Source of the DNA: an uncultured Gammaproteobacteria bacterium | GTDB taxonomy: Bacteria; Patescibacteriota; Microgenomatia; JAMCZE01 | Assembly (NCBI GenBank): GCA_964576435.1 | Contig: CAZNUP010000001.1 | Span: 34,345 to 98,344, forward strand | Length of the DNA: 64,000 nt | Direction: 5' to 3' | Program-made: the position numbers and the translations under genes | Notes under the pieces: model-generated | Told to the model about the DNA's origin: nothing | Database searches by the model: none | What the model saw: only the letters and a program-made list of their open reading frames with translations | Part shown: positions 1-7,840 of the stretch, in pieces | How the letters are laid out: each line of letters begins with the position of its first letter | How positions within the stretch are numbered: the stretch's first letter is position 1

Positions 1-1638
1 AATTGGACCAAGTGGACTCATTCCGTATTCCATAACCATTTCCCGAGCAATTTGTGTTGCTGTAGAAATATCAGATGATGCACCTGTTGTAATATCTCCA
101 AATACTATATCTTCAGCCGCTCTTCCACCAAGCATTGCCGCAATTTGTTCAACAAGATGCGATTTTGTTTCATGTAACCGGTCAGCAGAAGGTGGAATAA
201 GTGTGTGTCCAAGGCTCATTCCTCGGGACACTATTGAAATTCGGTGTACCGGATCCATGTTGGGAAGCTCATGGGTCACAATCGCGTGTCCCATCTCGTG
301 ATACGCAGTCATTTTCTTATCAAGATCCGATTGCAGTCTCTTCTTTTGTGGCCCCATCTTAACTTTCGTTGCCGCTTCTTCAATGTCCTCCATTGAAATT
401 GTGGCTTTATTCTGGCGTGCTGCCAAAATTGCCGCCTCATTAAGCATGTTTTCAAGATCAGCTCCGGAAAATCCAACAGTTCTTCTTGCTACCTTTTCCC
501 AATTAACAGTTGAATCAAATGGCTTGTCTTTCTTGTGAACCATAAGAATTTCTTTTCTGCCTTCTAAATCTGGTAGATCTAAAACTACTCTTCTATCAAA
601 TCGTCCTGGTCTAAGAAGCGCCGGGTCCAAAAGATCTCCTCTATTAGTTGCTCCAATCACAATTACAGATTCATTTGGTTCAAATCCGTCCATTTCAATT
701 AGAATTTGGTTAAGTGTTTGTTCACGCTCGTCATGTCCCCCAACTGCCCCCATGCTTCTAGTTCTTCCAATTGCATCAATTTCGTCAATGAAAATAATGG
801 CAGGCTTTGCTTTTTTAGCTTGTGCAAAAAGATCTCTTGCTCTTGAAGCTCCCACCCCAACAAGCATTTCCATGAATTCTGATCCGGCCATTGAGAAAAA
901 TGGCACTCCCGCTTCACCAGCAACCGCCTTGGCCATAAGCGTTTTTCCAGTCCCTGATGGTCCCACAAGAAGTACACCTTTTGGAGTCCTTGCTCCGACT
1001 GCTGCATATTTCTTGGGATTTTTCAAAAAGTCGACCACTTCTTCAAGTTCCTTCTTGGCTTCAGTCACTCCCGCAACATCTTTAAATGTTACCTTTGGAG
1101 AATCTTTAGAATAAAGTTTTGCTGGTGACTGACCAAATGAGAAAATTGACCCAGATCCCCCTGTTTGTCTTTTATAAAGCCAAAGAAGAAGAACAAAAAG
1201 AAGAAGCACAGGCCCAAATTGGAAAAATAGATTGGCCCAAAAACTTGCCCCCATTGCTTCCTGGTTAACAACAACAATAGTTTTAGGGTCAATTCCAAGT
1301 TCTTCTTTAGAAAAAAGTGTCCTATTTAAATCAGCGTTCTGATCAAGAAGAGTCTCAACTTTCTTTCCATTCTTATATTCAACATTTGCTGTTGAGTCAG
1401 AAACTGTTATCTTCTTAATTTTTCCAGCTTTTGCATCAGCATAGATTTGAGAAATTGGGGCTTTAGTAGGTGGTTCAATAGATCCGACAAAGCTAGTAAC
1501 TGCAATAAAAGCAACTAGCCCAATAACTCCGTAAAGTAAAATATCTTTAGGAGAGAACTTCATTTCCATCTTGAAGCCCGATTGCTTTTTCTTACCGTTT
1601 GTTTGTTTCTGATTTGTAGGAAGTTTTGGGATTTCCAT
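1..1638 (-). CDS. ftsH: ATP-dependent zinc metalloprotease FtsH (3' end outside window)
   Basis: Manual translation from ATG 1638: two TM segments, Walker A GPSGTGKT, FIDEID, RPGRFDR, zinc motif HEMGH; frame open to position 1. Confidence 0.97.
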   Translation of the reverse strand, partial: MEIPKLPTNQKQTNGKKKQSGFKMEMKFSPKDILLYGVIGLVAFIAVTSFVGSIEPPTKAPISQIYADAKAGKIKKITVSDSTANVEYKNGKKVETLLDQNADLNRTLFSKEELGIDPKTIVVVNQEAMGASFWANLFFQFGPVLLLFVLLLWLYKRQTGGSGSIFSFGQSPAKLYSKDSPKVTFKDVAGVTEAKKELEEVVDFLKNPKKYAAVGARTPKGVLLVGPSGTGKTLMAKAVAGEAGVPFFSMAGSEFMEMLVGVGASRARDLFAQAKKAKPAIIFIDEIDAIGRTRSMGAVGGHDEREQTLNQILIEMDGFEPNESVIVIGATNRGDLLDPALLRPGRFDRRVVLDLPDLEGRKEILMVHKKDKPFDSTVNWEKVARRTVGFSGADLENMLNEAAILAARQNKATISMEDIEEAATKVKMGPQKKRLQSDLDKKMTAYHEMGHAIVTHELPNMDPVHRISIVSRGMSLGHTLIPPSADRLHETKSHLVEQIAAMLGGRAAEDIVFGDITTGASSDISTATQIAREMVMEYGMSPLGPI

Positions 1639-1650
1639 CAAGTTTGCATT

Positions 1651-1995
1651 CTACCTTAAAACGCTTCCCACTGGAAGATCCTCATCAAAAGAGTAAAGGT
1701 AAGCCTTGTCTCCCCCAGCAGCAACCAGCATTCCTTCACTAACATATTCGTTATCAAAAATCTTGAATGTTCGCGGAGCCAAATTAACAATAAAAATAAG
1801 TTTCCGTCCAACTAAACTTTCTGGTGTATACCATTTTTTAATTCCTGAATAAATTGTCTTCTCACCAATTTCCTCTCCAAAATTAACTTTAAGTTCCAGA
1901 AGTTTGTCACTTCCAGAAACTTCAGAAACAGCAACGACTTCTCCAACACGGAGATCAAGTTTTCCAAAATCATCAATTGTAATCTGATCTTTCAT
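1651..1995 (-). CDS. Stand-alone tRNA-binding OB-fold protein (MetRS C-terminal/Trbp111/CsaA family)
   Basis: ITIDDFGKLDLRVGEV...SDKLL...NLAPR...SEGML signature. Confidence 0.9.
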   Translation of the reverse strand: MKDQITIDDFGKLDLRVGEVVAVSEVSGSDKLLELKVNFGEEIGEKTIYSGIKKWYTPESLVGRKLIFIVNLAPRTFKIFDNEYVSEGMLVAAGGDKAYLYSFDEDLPVGSVLR

Positions 1996-2061
1996 ACTGC
2001 AATTATAACATTAGAACTTCTCTTATTGATCTGAACAAAAAAACAATATATGCTTTTCTAA

Positions 2062-2631
2062 GTGCCAACTGAAAAACAAGAAAAAACACATATAGGAGTA
2101 ACAATCGTTGTTATCCTAGCTCTTATTTTCTTCTACCCACTGGGGGTAATTTTAATGTGGTTTCTTACCAAATGGCCCCGCTGGGCAAAAATAGTAATTA
2201 CACTTTTGCTAGTTATCCCAATAATTGCCGTGTTCCTATCTATTTCTTTGATAGCAGTGAATCCAGCTCGCCAATTTGCTCAAGCATATGACACCCAAAG
2301 AAAAAGTGACGTAAACGCAATTTCAAATGCAATTAGCCAATATTATTCAGACAACAATACACTCCCCCCAGGTCTCCAAAATCTCCCCGCAGGCACTACT
2401 ACAGGTATTACAGCAAATAACCCAGCCGCAGGAACAGAATTCTGCAATGCTTTAGTTCCAGACTACATGGCAGAACTGCCAGCAGATCCAAAAGTGGGAA
2501 GATTCGAGAGCTGTAATGATTTCAATACTAGCTACACAATAACTGTAAATCAAAATCCAAATGGTGGAAGCCCAACCGTAACAATTTCCGCAAATCCACA
2601 AATCGCCCCATCCATCTCAGTAACTAGGTAG
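2062..2631 (+). CDS. Type IV pilin/GspG-like membrane protein
   Basis: Hydrophobic helix followed by VNPARQFAQAYDTQRKSDVNAISNAI...Y and LVPDYMAELPADP; Cys pair. Confidence 0.75.
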   Translation: MPTEKQEKTHIGVTIVVILALIFFYPLGVILMWFLTKWPRWAKIVITLLLVIPIIAVFLSISLIAVNPARQFAQAYDTQRKSDVNAISNAISQYYSDNNTLPPGLQNLPAGTTTGITANNPAAGTEFCNALVPDYMAELPADPKVGRFESCNDFNTSYTITVNQNPNGGSPTVTISANPQIAPSISVTR

Positions 2632-2661
2632 AATTAAATAGATAGCAACCTATTTCCAGAT

Positions 2662-2847
2662 TTATTTTTTTATTTTAATATCTCTATTCTTTGCCCACTC
2701 CTCAGCTTGTGAAGTAGCAATAGCAATTGCCCTTCCCTCCTCCATGCCATCCTCTAAAAGTGCGTTTGCAATCTCTACCGCTTTCTCACGGACTTTGGGG
2801 GAAAGATTTTTCATTGATACTGGATAATTATCTTTTGTCCAAGGCAT
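2662..2847 (-). CDS. Small YdaT/DUF2188-like protein
   Basis: MPWTKDNYPVSMKNL...KAVEIANALLEDG..EGRAIAIA signature. Confidence 0.75.
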   Translation of the reverse strand: MPWTKDNYPVSMKNLSPKVREKAVEIANALLEDGMEEGRAIAIATSQAEEWAKNRDIKIKK

Positions 2848-3011
2848 ATTCTATCTAAATAGTAATCTATCAGTATGGCCACAGTCCATTTCTCAAAAAT
2901 CATTAAATAAAAACCTAATTAGTAAAAATATTTTTTCACTATTACAGTGTTTCATTTGAAGACTAAGAATTTGTGAGGAATCTATATGAATTTGGTATTA
3001 AACTACTTTGA

Positions 3012-4001
3012 TTAATTTGAAACTAAACCCATTTTCTCTCGAACTTCTTTGAGTGTTTCATCAGCAATCTTTTTGGCATACTCTCTACCATCACTAAGGA
3101 TTTGTTTTACTTCTTCTGGATGTTCTTCGTAATATCTCCTTCTTTCTTGAATTGGTTTAAGTTCCTCGTAAACTGCCTCAGCAAGTTCTTTTTTAAGGTC
3201 TCCATATCTAAGTCCCGTCTCTTTATATTCAAGTTTGAGTTGCATTGCCCGATCGTGTCCGAGAAAAAGTTCAAAAAAGTTTACAAAGTTCACAACAGTT
3301 CCTTCTGTTGGAAACTTTTCTCCTTTACCAGCATCAGTTGGAATCTTTGCAATCTTTGCTTTTATAGTTTCAAAGTCGTCAGACAAAGCAATGTAAGACC
3401 CTTCAACACTTTTACTCATTTTCCCTTCCCCTGAAAGAGAAGGAACATATCGGCCAGGCGTATCAAATCTCTTAGGTTCAGGAAATGTTTGCCCAAACAT
3501 TGAGTTAAATTTTCTGGCAATCTCTCTCGCCACTTCAATATGTGGTTCCTGATCAATTCCAACGGGAACCAACTCTCCTTTATATAAAAGAATGTCAGCA
3601 GTCATAAGAACCGGGTAGTAAAGAAGACCCATGTTAACGTAATCTGGGTGCTGCGCTTTTTTGTCTTTATATGTTGGCAAATCTTCAAGTCTTGAAACCG
3701 GATAAATTGTTCCCAAGTAGTAAGAAAGTAAAATATCTTCCTCAAGTTGCACCCCAATATGACACTTCTTAGGATCGAGTCCCGCTCCTAAATAATCAAG
3801 AACTACACTATAAACATTCTTTTGGAAGGTTTCTTTGTCATATGGAGTCGTAATTCCATGAAGAGTCACCACTTGAAAAATACAATCCAAATCAGGTTGA
3901 TTTTGGAGTTCAATCATTCCCTTAGCAGAGCCCAAATAATTACCGACGTGTAAATATCCTGTCGGCCTCATTCCTGCATATACTCGTTTTTTATCTTTCA
4001 T
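3012..4001 (-). CDS. trpS: Tryptophan--tRNA ligase
   Basis: GMRPTG-LHVGN, YPVLMTADIL, VPVGIDQEPH, KMSKS. Confidence 0.96.
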   Translation of the reverse strand: MKDKKRVYAGMRPTGYLHVGNYLGSAKGMIELQNQPDLDCIFQVVTLHGITTPYDKETFQKNVYSVVLDYLGAGLDPKKCHIGVQLEEDILLSYYLGTIYPVSRLEDLPTYKDKKAQHPDYVNMGLLYYPVLMTADILLYKGELVPVGIDQEPHIEVAREIARKFNSMFGQTFPEPKRFDTPGRYVPSLSGEGKMSKSVEGSYIALSDDFETIKAKIAKIPTDAGKGEKFPTEGTVVNFVNFFELFLGHDRAMQLKLEYKETGLRYGDLKKELAEAVYEELKPIQERRRYYEEHPEEVKQILSDGREYAKKIADETLKEVREKMGLVSN

Positions 4002-4027
4002 AATTCGATTCTAACAAATAATTTCAA

Positions 4028-4249
4028 CTAATTTTTATTTCCTAAAACAAATAATGTTCCTGGTCCATCCTCAAGCCTAATAGGTTCAATCCCAAGTCTT
4101 CTTATCAAATGTCTATTATGCTTCTTGACTTGACCTTTCAAAATATCTATTTCTTTTTCTGAAAATCCAAATGGAAATATAATTTCTGACGAGTGATTTG
4201 CTTGAATAATTAACGCGAGAGCCTGACTAATTGCTCTCGCATCGACCAT
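4028..4249 (-). CDS. Small hypothetical protein, possibly the 3' part of a frameshifted gene starting at 4308
   Basis: 73-aa ORF between T-box terminator and trpS; an upstream ATG at 4308 (MTERRVYQ...) is out of frame by 1 nt. Confidence 0.45.
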   Translation of the reverse strand: MVDARAISQALALIIQANHSSEIIFPFGFSEKEIDILKGQVKKHNRHLIRRLGIEPIRLEDGPGTLFVLGNKN

Positions 4250-4317
4250 CCCAGGCAGTCACCTGCTCTTTTTGAAAGTTCATTTTGATAAACTCGTCTT
4301 TCTGTCATATTAAAACT

Positions 4318-4444
4318 AAAAAACCCTTGCAAGAATCTAAAAAAATTAGATCTTTGCAAGGGCCTTTAAGGCGGTGCCACCTTGAATTATACTTTTATTA
4401 ACTTCAGCTTCTCCCCGGTTCCAACCTTCCGGATCAATAAAACT
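4318..4444 (-). promoter_or_regulatory. Trp T-box riboswitch (transcriptional, ultrashort stem I)
   Basis: Minus strand: antiterminator CAAGG-UGGCACC-GCC-uuaaa-GGC-CCUUG, overlapping terminator CCCUUGCAA...UUGCAAGGG-UUUUUU, UGG specifier in hairpin loop, TGcTATAAT just upstream, trpS downstream. Confidence 0.85.
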
Positions 4445-4487
4445 GTACTAATTATAGCATATTGAGGGATTAGGCTATAATCAGCCC

Positions 4488-4673
4488 ATGGAAACAATCC
4501 ACAACATGATTAACTTTCCTTTTTCTAGTCGCGAACGACTAATTGCTTGCCTTGGCATTACCATTATTCTAGGTTTAGTCACTTTCTCTATTATAGTAAT
4601 AGATGACTACAAGAGGTTTAAAAAAAGATCCACTATTTCCTCCCAGTCCCAAGTTCCTCCGTCCGAGCAATAA
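4488..4673 (+). CDS. Small single-TM hypothetical protein
   Basis: One hydrophobic helix; TATAAT 6 nt before ATG. Confidence 0.5.
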   Translation: METIHNMINFPFSSRERLIACLGITIILGLVTFSIIVIDDYKRFKKRSTISSQSQVPPSEQ

Positions 4674-5169
4674 GTTCCGGAATCTCCATTTTTGAAGTAT
4701 CGACAGCCCGTTCACTCATAATAAGAAGTCCTAAAATAATTCTCTTAGCCTTATTTGCCTTATCTTTAGATAAGAAATCAATTTTATAAGTCCCATTTTG
4801 GGCTACAACAGCAAGCTCTGCAAAAAACGGCACACTATTAATTTCGACCGACTTAATATCCTTAATTAAAATATGGTTCACCCCTTGTGTAGCAAAAAAA
4901 CGGTTTTCAATGATGGTTACCTTAATTTCATCAATAATCACCTGGTCAGGAAATAAATCAAACGGAAAAACCGCATTCCCCCTAAAAACTACCCGGGCAG
5001 TAGGAGTCGTGATTTCCACCTGACGCATCTCTGTTTGCGAATGTGTCACAGTTTCTTTTTTAGGATCACCTGGCGGAACTACATTGCGCATGTCTCCAGG
5101 AAGCGTTGGGTCCGGTTTTTCCTCCTGCTTTGTTTTTTCTAGCTCATCTATCTTTACTCTCTTATCCAT
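4633..5169 (-). CDS. Hypothetical protein with bacterial PH-like domain
   Basis: FPFDLFPDQVIIDEIKVTII...IKDIKSVEI beta-rich pattern. Confidence 0.65.
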   Translation of the reverse strand: MDKRVKIDELEKTKQEEKPDPTLPGDMRNVVPPGDPKKETVTHSQTEMRQVEITTPTARVVFRGNAVFPFDLFPDQVIIDEIKVTIIENRFFATQGVNHILIKDIKSVEINSVPFFAELAVVAQNGTYKIDFLSKDKANKAKRIILGLLIMSERAVDTSKMEIPELIARTEELGTGRK

Positions 5170-5302
5170 ATTTGCATCTTAAACTGTATTTGTAAGTTAT
5201 TTGTATGATTTGGAAGAGAATTCTTTCAGAATTCTTGCACAACTTTTAACCATTCTTAGTTGCTAGATTAGAAAATATACCTAGATTTGGAGGTGAAAAT
5301 TT

Positions 5303-5431
5303 ATGGCCGACGAAGCATACATTCACTGTGATGTCTGTGGACAAGATATCCCAGCTACAGAGTTTAAAGATCACGCCGAACAAGAAGCTAAAGACCGAAT
5401 TAGAGAAGTTGAAAGTCAGCTTCCTAACTGA
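5303..5431 (+). CDS. 42-aa zinc-finger-like microprotein (not in ORF track)
   Basis: SD GGAGGTG before ATG; MADEAYIHCDVCGQDIPATEFKDHAEQEAKDRIREVESQLPN with CxxC...H. Confidence 0.65.
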   Translation: MADEAYIHCDVCGQDIPATEFKDHAEQEAKDRIREVESQLPN

Positions 5432-5955
5432 TTCTTTATCTTTAAGGAAATAAATGGAGAGAAATGCCCTGCATATTTTTGCTGGATCTCAGGTCGCATC
5501 CAATCTTGTCCTGTTAAAATCTTACGGCAGTCACTACTTCCACAAGTACATTTTTGGTTGTCCGAATAATCCTCTTCTAAATCATCGTTCCAAAGTGCTT
5601 GATCCATTGTTATTTCTTCACCAATTTCAATGTCTCTCCTAGCTATTACAGTTACTTCGTCACTTAGCCAGGTATTTGGATCACAAGAATGATTTAAAAA
5701 TTCATCAATTGAATCTTCAGTATCTGTTATTGGAAGTCCAATATATTCCGTGTCACTAATTGGCACCATTGTCTGAAGTCGATATTTGTCCCAATCAGTA
5801 TTTTCTCTAGGAATTAGTACCCCTCCCCAAATCATAACTAGCTCCCCTTCTTTGATGGGTTTAGTTGTAAAAATTCCTTTCCCATTAATTTTAGACTCTC
5901 CAACAACCAGTCTTGGATCAATCCATGGGTGTGCTAAATATTTCTTTTTATGCAT
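5416..5955 (-). CDS. SET-domain lysine methyltransferase with post-SET zinc motif
   Basis: SKINGKGIF, FLNHSCDPN, ARRDIEIGEEITMD, CTCGSSDCR; start at MHKKK (5955) preferred. Confidence 0.92.
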   Translation of the reverse strand: MHKKKYLAHPWIDPRLVVGESKINGKGIFTTKPIKEGELVMIWGGVLIPRENTDWDKYRLQTMVPISDTEYIGLPITDTEDSIDEFLNHSCDPNTWLSDEVTVIARRDIEIGEEITMDQALWNDDLEEDYSDNQKCTCGSSDCRKILTGQDWMRPEIQQKYAGHFSPFISLKIKNQLGS

Positions 5956-5994
5956 ATATAGGCTAAAATAGTACCACAGTTTAATAAATCTCAT

Positions 5995-6065
5995 TGCGGG
6001 GTAGTGTACAGTAGCATGGAAGGCTCATAATCTTCCGGGCCGTGGTGCGACCCCCGGCCCCGCAA
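5995..6065 (+). tRNA. tRNA-Met(CAU), initiator-like but non-canonical
   Basis: Acceptor TGCGGGG/CCCCGCA, anticodon arm GAAGG-CTCATAA-TCTTC, short D loop, bulged T stem; terminator follows. Confidence 0.75.
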
Positions 6066-6076
6066 CACAAGACATT

Positions 6077-6104
6077 TGGAGCGTGTAAATGCTCCATTTT
6101 TTTT
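6077..6104 (+). terminator. Intrinsic terminator after tRNA
   Basis: TGGAGCGT-gtaa-ATGCTCCA hairpin followed by T8. Confidence 0.75.
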
Positions 6105-6136
6105 AAGTTTCATTTACCTGCAGTATAATCTAAACA

Positions 6137-6715
6137 ATGATTTCACCCAGCAACAATAAAGAAGAAATTTCTACAGGTCAGCTTGAAGATTTAAAATTAA
6201 CTTTATCTCGCTATAACATCCCTATCGACCAATGGGGCCATGGTGAAGCCAAAACTGTAGAACACTTATTGCGTGAGGTTCAAGACGGAGAAACCCTATT
6301 AGTAAGGGATGGTGAAAGGATTGTAAGACAAGTTAGTGTTGCAGTTATAGATGTTATGTATCAAGAAGGAAATAACAAATACCAGCTTATTGAAGATCAT
6401 CAAGAATTTAAAGATGGCAGAACTAGGCGCAGGGATATTGGCGGCTCAATCGCTGAAAAACTATCCCCTGGAGAACTTCCCCTTAATACCGCAACCAGAG
6501 CACTAAAAGATGAATTGGGAATTGAAAGTCAAACTAAAATATCTACAAAAGGAAGCGAAGAGTCTTTCAAACAAAGCCCTAGTTATCCAGGATTAAATAC
6601 AAAGTACGTGCGCCACTTCTTTGAAGCGCAACTCAATCAAGGTCAATACAATCCTGACGGGTATGTCGAAAGACAACCCGACAAAACTACCTACTTTGTT
6701 TGGAGAAGACAATAA
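6137..6715 (+). CDS. NUDIX-fold protein with degenerate Nudix box
   Basis: EKLSPGELPLNTATRALKDELGI resembles GX5EX7REUXEEXGU. Confidence 0.65.
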   Translation: MISPSNNKEEISTGQLEDLKLTLSRYNIPIDQWGHGEAKTVEHLLREVQDGETLLVRDGERIVRQVSVAVIDVMYQEGNNKYQLIEDHQEFKDGRTRRRDIGGSIAEKLSPGELPLNTATRALKDELGIESQTKISTKGSEESFKQSPSYPGLNTKYVRHFFEAQLNQGQYNPDGYVERQPDKTTYFVWRRQ

Positions 6716-6771
6716 TTAGAAACAGGTCTGAAGTTTCTTATTAAATCATGAGTTTTTGTTAATATGACACA

Positions 6772-7017
6772 ATGTGGTTCATCTATATTCTCCTCTGCTC
6801 TGATAAAAGTCTATACACAGGGATAACAAATAACTTAAAAGGACGCTTTAAAGAACACCAAGAAGGTAAAGGCGGTAAATATACAAGAAGTCATAAACCG
6901 CTAAAGATTGTCTATTTTGAAGAAGTACCCACCAAGTCATTAGCACTAAAGCGTGAACTAGAGATCAAAAAATACTCTAAATCTGCTAAAATAACCCTTA
7001 TCAACAAGCCAGGGTAG
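6772..7017 (+). CDS. GIY-YIG nuclease family protein (UPF0213-like)
   Basis: WFIYILLCSDKSLYTGITNNLKGRFKEHQEGKGGKYT...ALKRELEIK. Confidence 0.92.
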   Translation: MWFIYILLCSDKSLYTGITNNLKGRFKEHQEGKGGKYTRSHKPLKIVYFEEVPTKSLALKRELEIKKYSKSAKITLINKPG

Positions 7018-7082
7018 CTCAGCGGTAGAGCACAGCATTCATAACGCTGCGGTCGAGAGTCCGACTCTCTCCTCTGGCACCA
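7008..7082 (+). tRNA. tRNA-Met(CAU), elongator type
   Basis: GCCAGGG/CTCTGGC acceptor, TAGCTCAGCGGTAGAGC D arm, loop TTCATAA, GAGAG/CTCTC T stem, encoded CCA. Confidence 0.9.
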
Positions 7083-7088
7083 AAAAAA

Positions 7089-7439
7089 ATGAATAAATAC
7101 AAAAAAATTGCAATTGCGGCTTTTGTTGTAGGGGGACTTCAAGGTCTTTACGCTCTTATGGTTACTCTTTCGATTTACCCAAAAGTCACCCAGGTCTATG
7201 AAGATTTCGGGGCCACAACACCGGTTATTACTCAATTTACCCCTTTTATTCTAATTTTCCCTGCTTTAGCCAATATTATTATTGGAATTTTAGTTCTTAC
7301 TTCTAAAAACAAAGACAAGTACTACTCTTTGGCAAAAATAGTCCTAATAGTTACTCTAGTTCTTGCCTTGTTAGTATTCCCTCTCGTGCTCTCATTTGGG
7401 CTTTTATTACCAATGTTTAACATAGTAAACGTTTTATAA
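7089..7439 (+). CDS. Small three-TM membrane protein
   Basis: Hydrophobic helices; YPKVTQVYEDFGATTPVIT weakly recalls a PilC/GspF segment. Confidence 0.6.
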   Translation: MNKYKKIAIAAFVVGGLQGLYALMVTLSIYPKVTQVYEDFGATTPVITQFTPFILIFPALANIIIGILVLTSKNKDKYYSLAKIVLIVTLVLALLVFPLVLSFGLLLPMFNIVNVL

Positions 7440-7778
7440 AATAAGCTCCACCCATTTCTTCCAATTGGGTTCATCAACGACGACAACCTTAGACGAGTTA
7501 TCAGCAAGAAGCTCTTTGGGGATGATAATAACCTTCTCCCCAGGCTTAGAGAGCCCCAGCTGGTCATAGGCTACCTGGTCCAAAAACTCCTTCGAACCTA
7601 TCTGTTTTTCCTTAATTTCCAGCTTACGCTTCTCCTCCATAAGCTTAGCAAGCTCACTTTCCCTTCTAGTTACCTTCTCTCCCGCTGAAAAAAGCCCCAC
7701 AGTTCCTTGAATAGTAGTGAAAGCTAGGTATAAACAGATAACTATGATCAAAACACGGATAGTTTGTTTACGTTTCAT
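7434..7778 (-). CDS. Septum formation initiator (FtsB/DivIC family)
   Basis: N-terminal TM, coiled coil, FLDQVAYDQLGLSKPGEKVII, PNWKKW. Confidence 0.8.
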   Translation of the reverse strand: MKRKQTIRVLIIVICLYLAFTTIQGTVGLFSAGEKVTRRESELAKLMEEKRKLEIKEKQIGSKEFLDQVAYDQLGLSKPGEKVIIIPKELLADNSSKVVVVDEPNWKKWVELIL

Positions 7779-7840
7779 ATTGTTCTAGAGCCCTGATCTC
7801 GAGCTTGACTAACTAACCTGGTAGGTGATATTATGGGACT

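Noticed and set aside
699-1298. ORF-track entries 699-1007, 752-1114 and 1089-1298, and similar short overlapping ORFs across the window
   Set aside because: Shadow or antisense frames of well-supported genes such as ftsH
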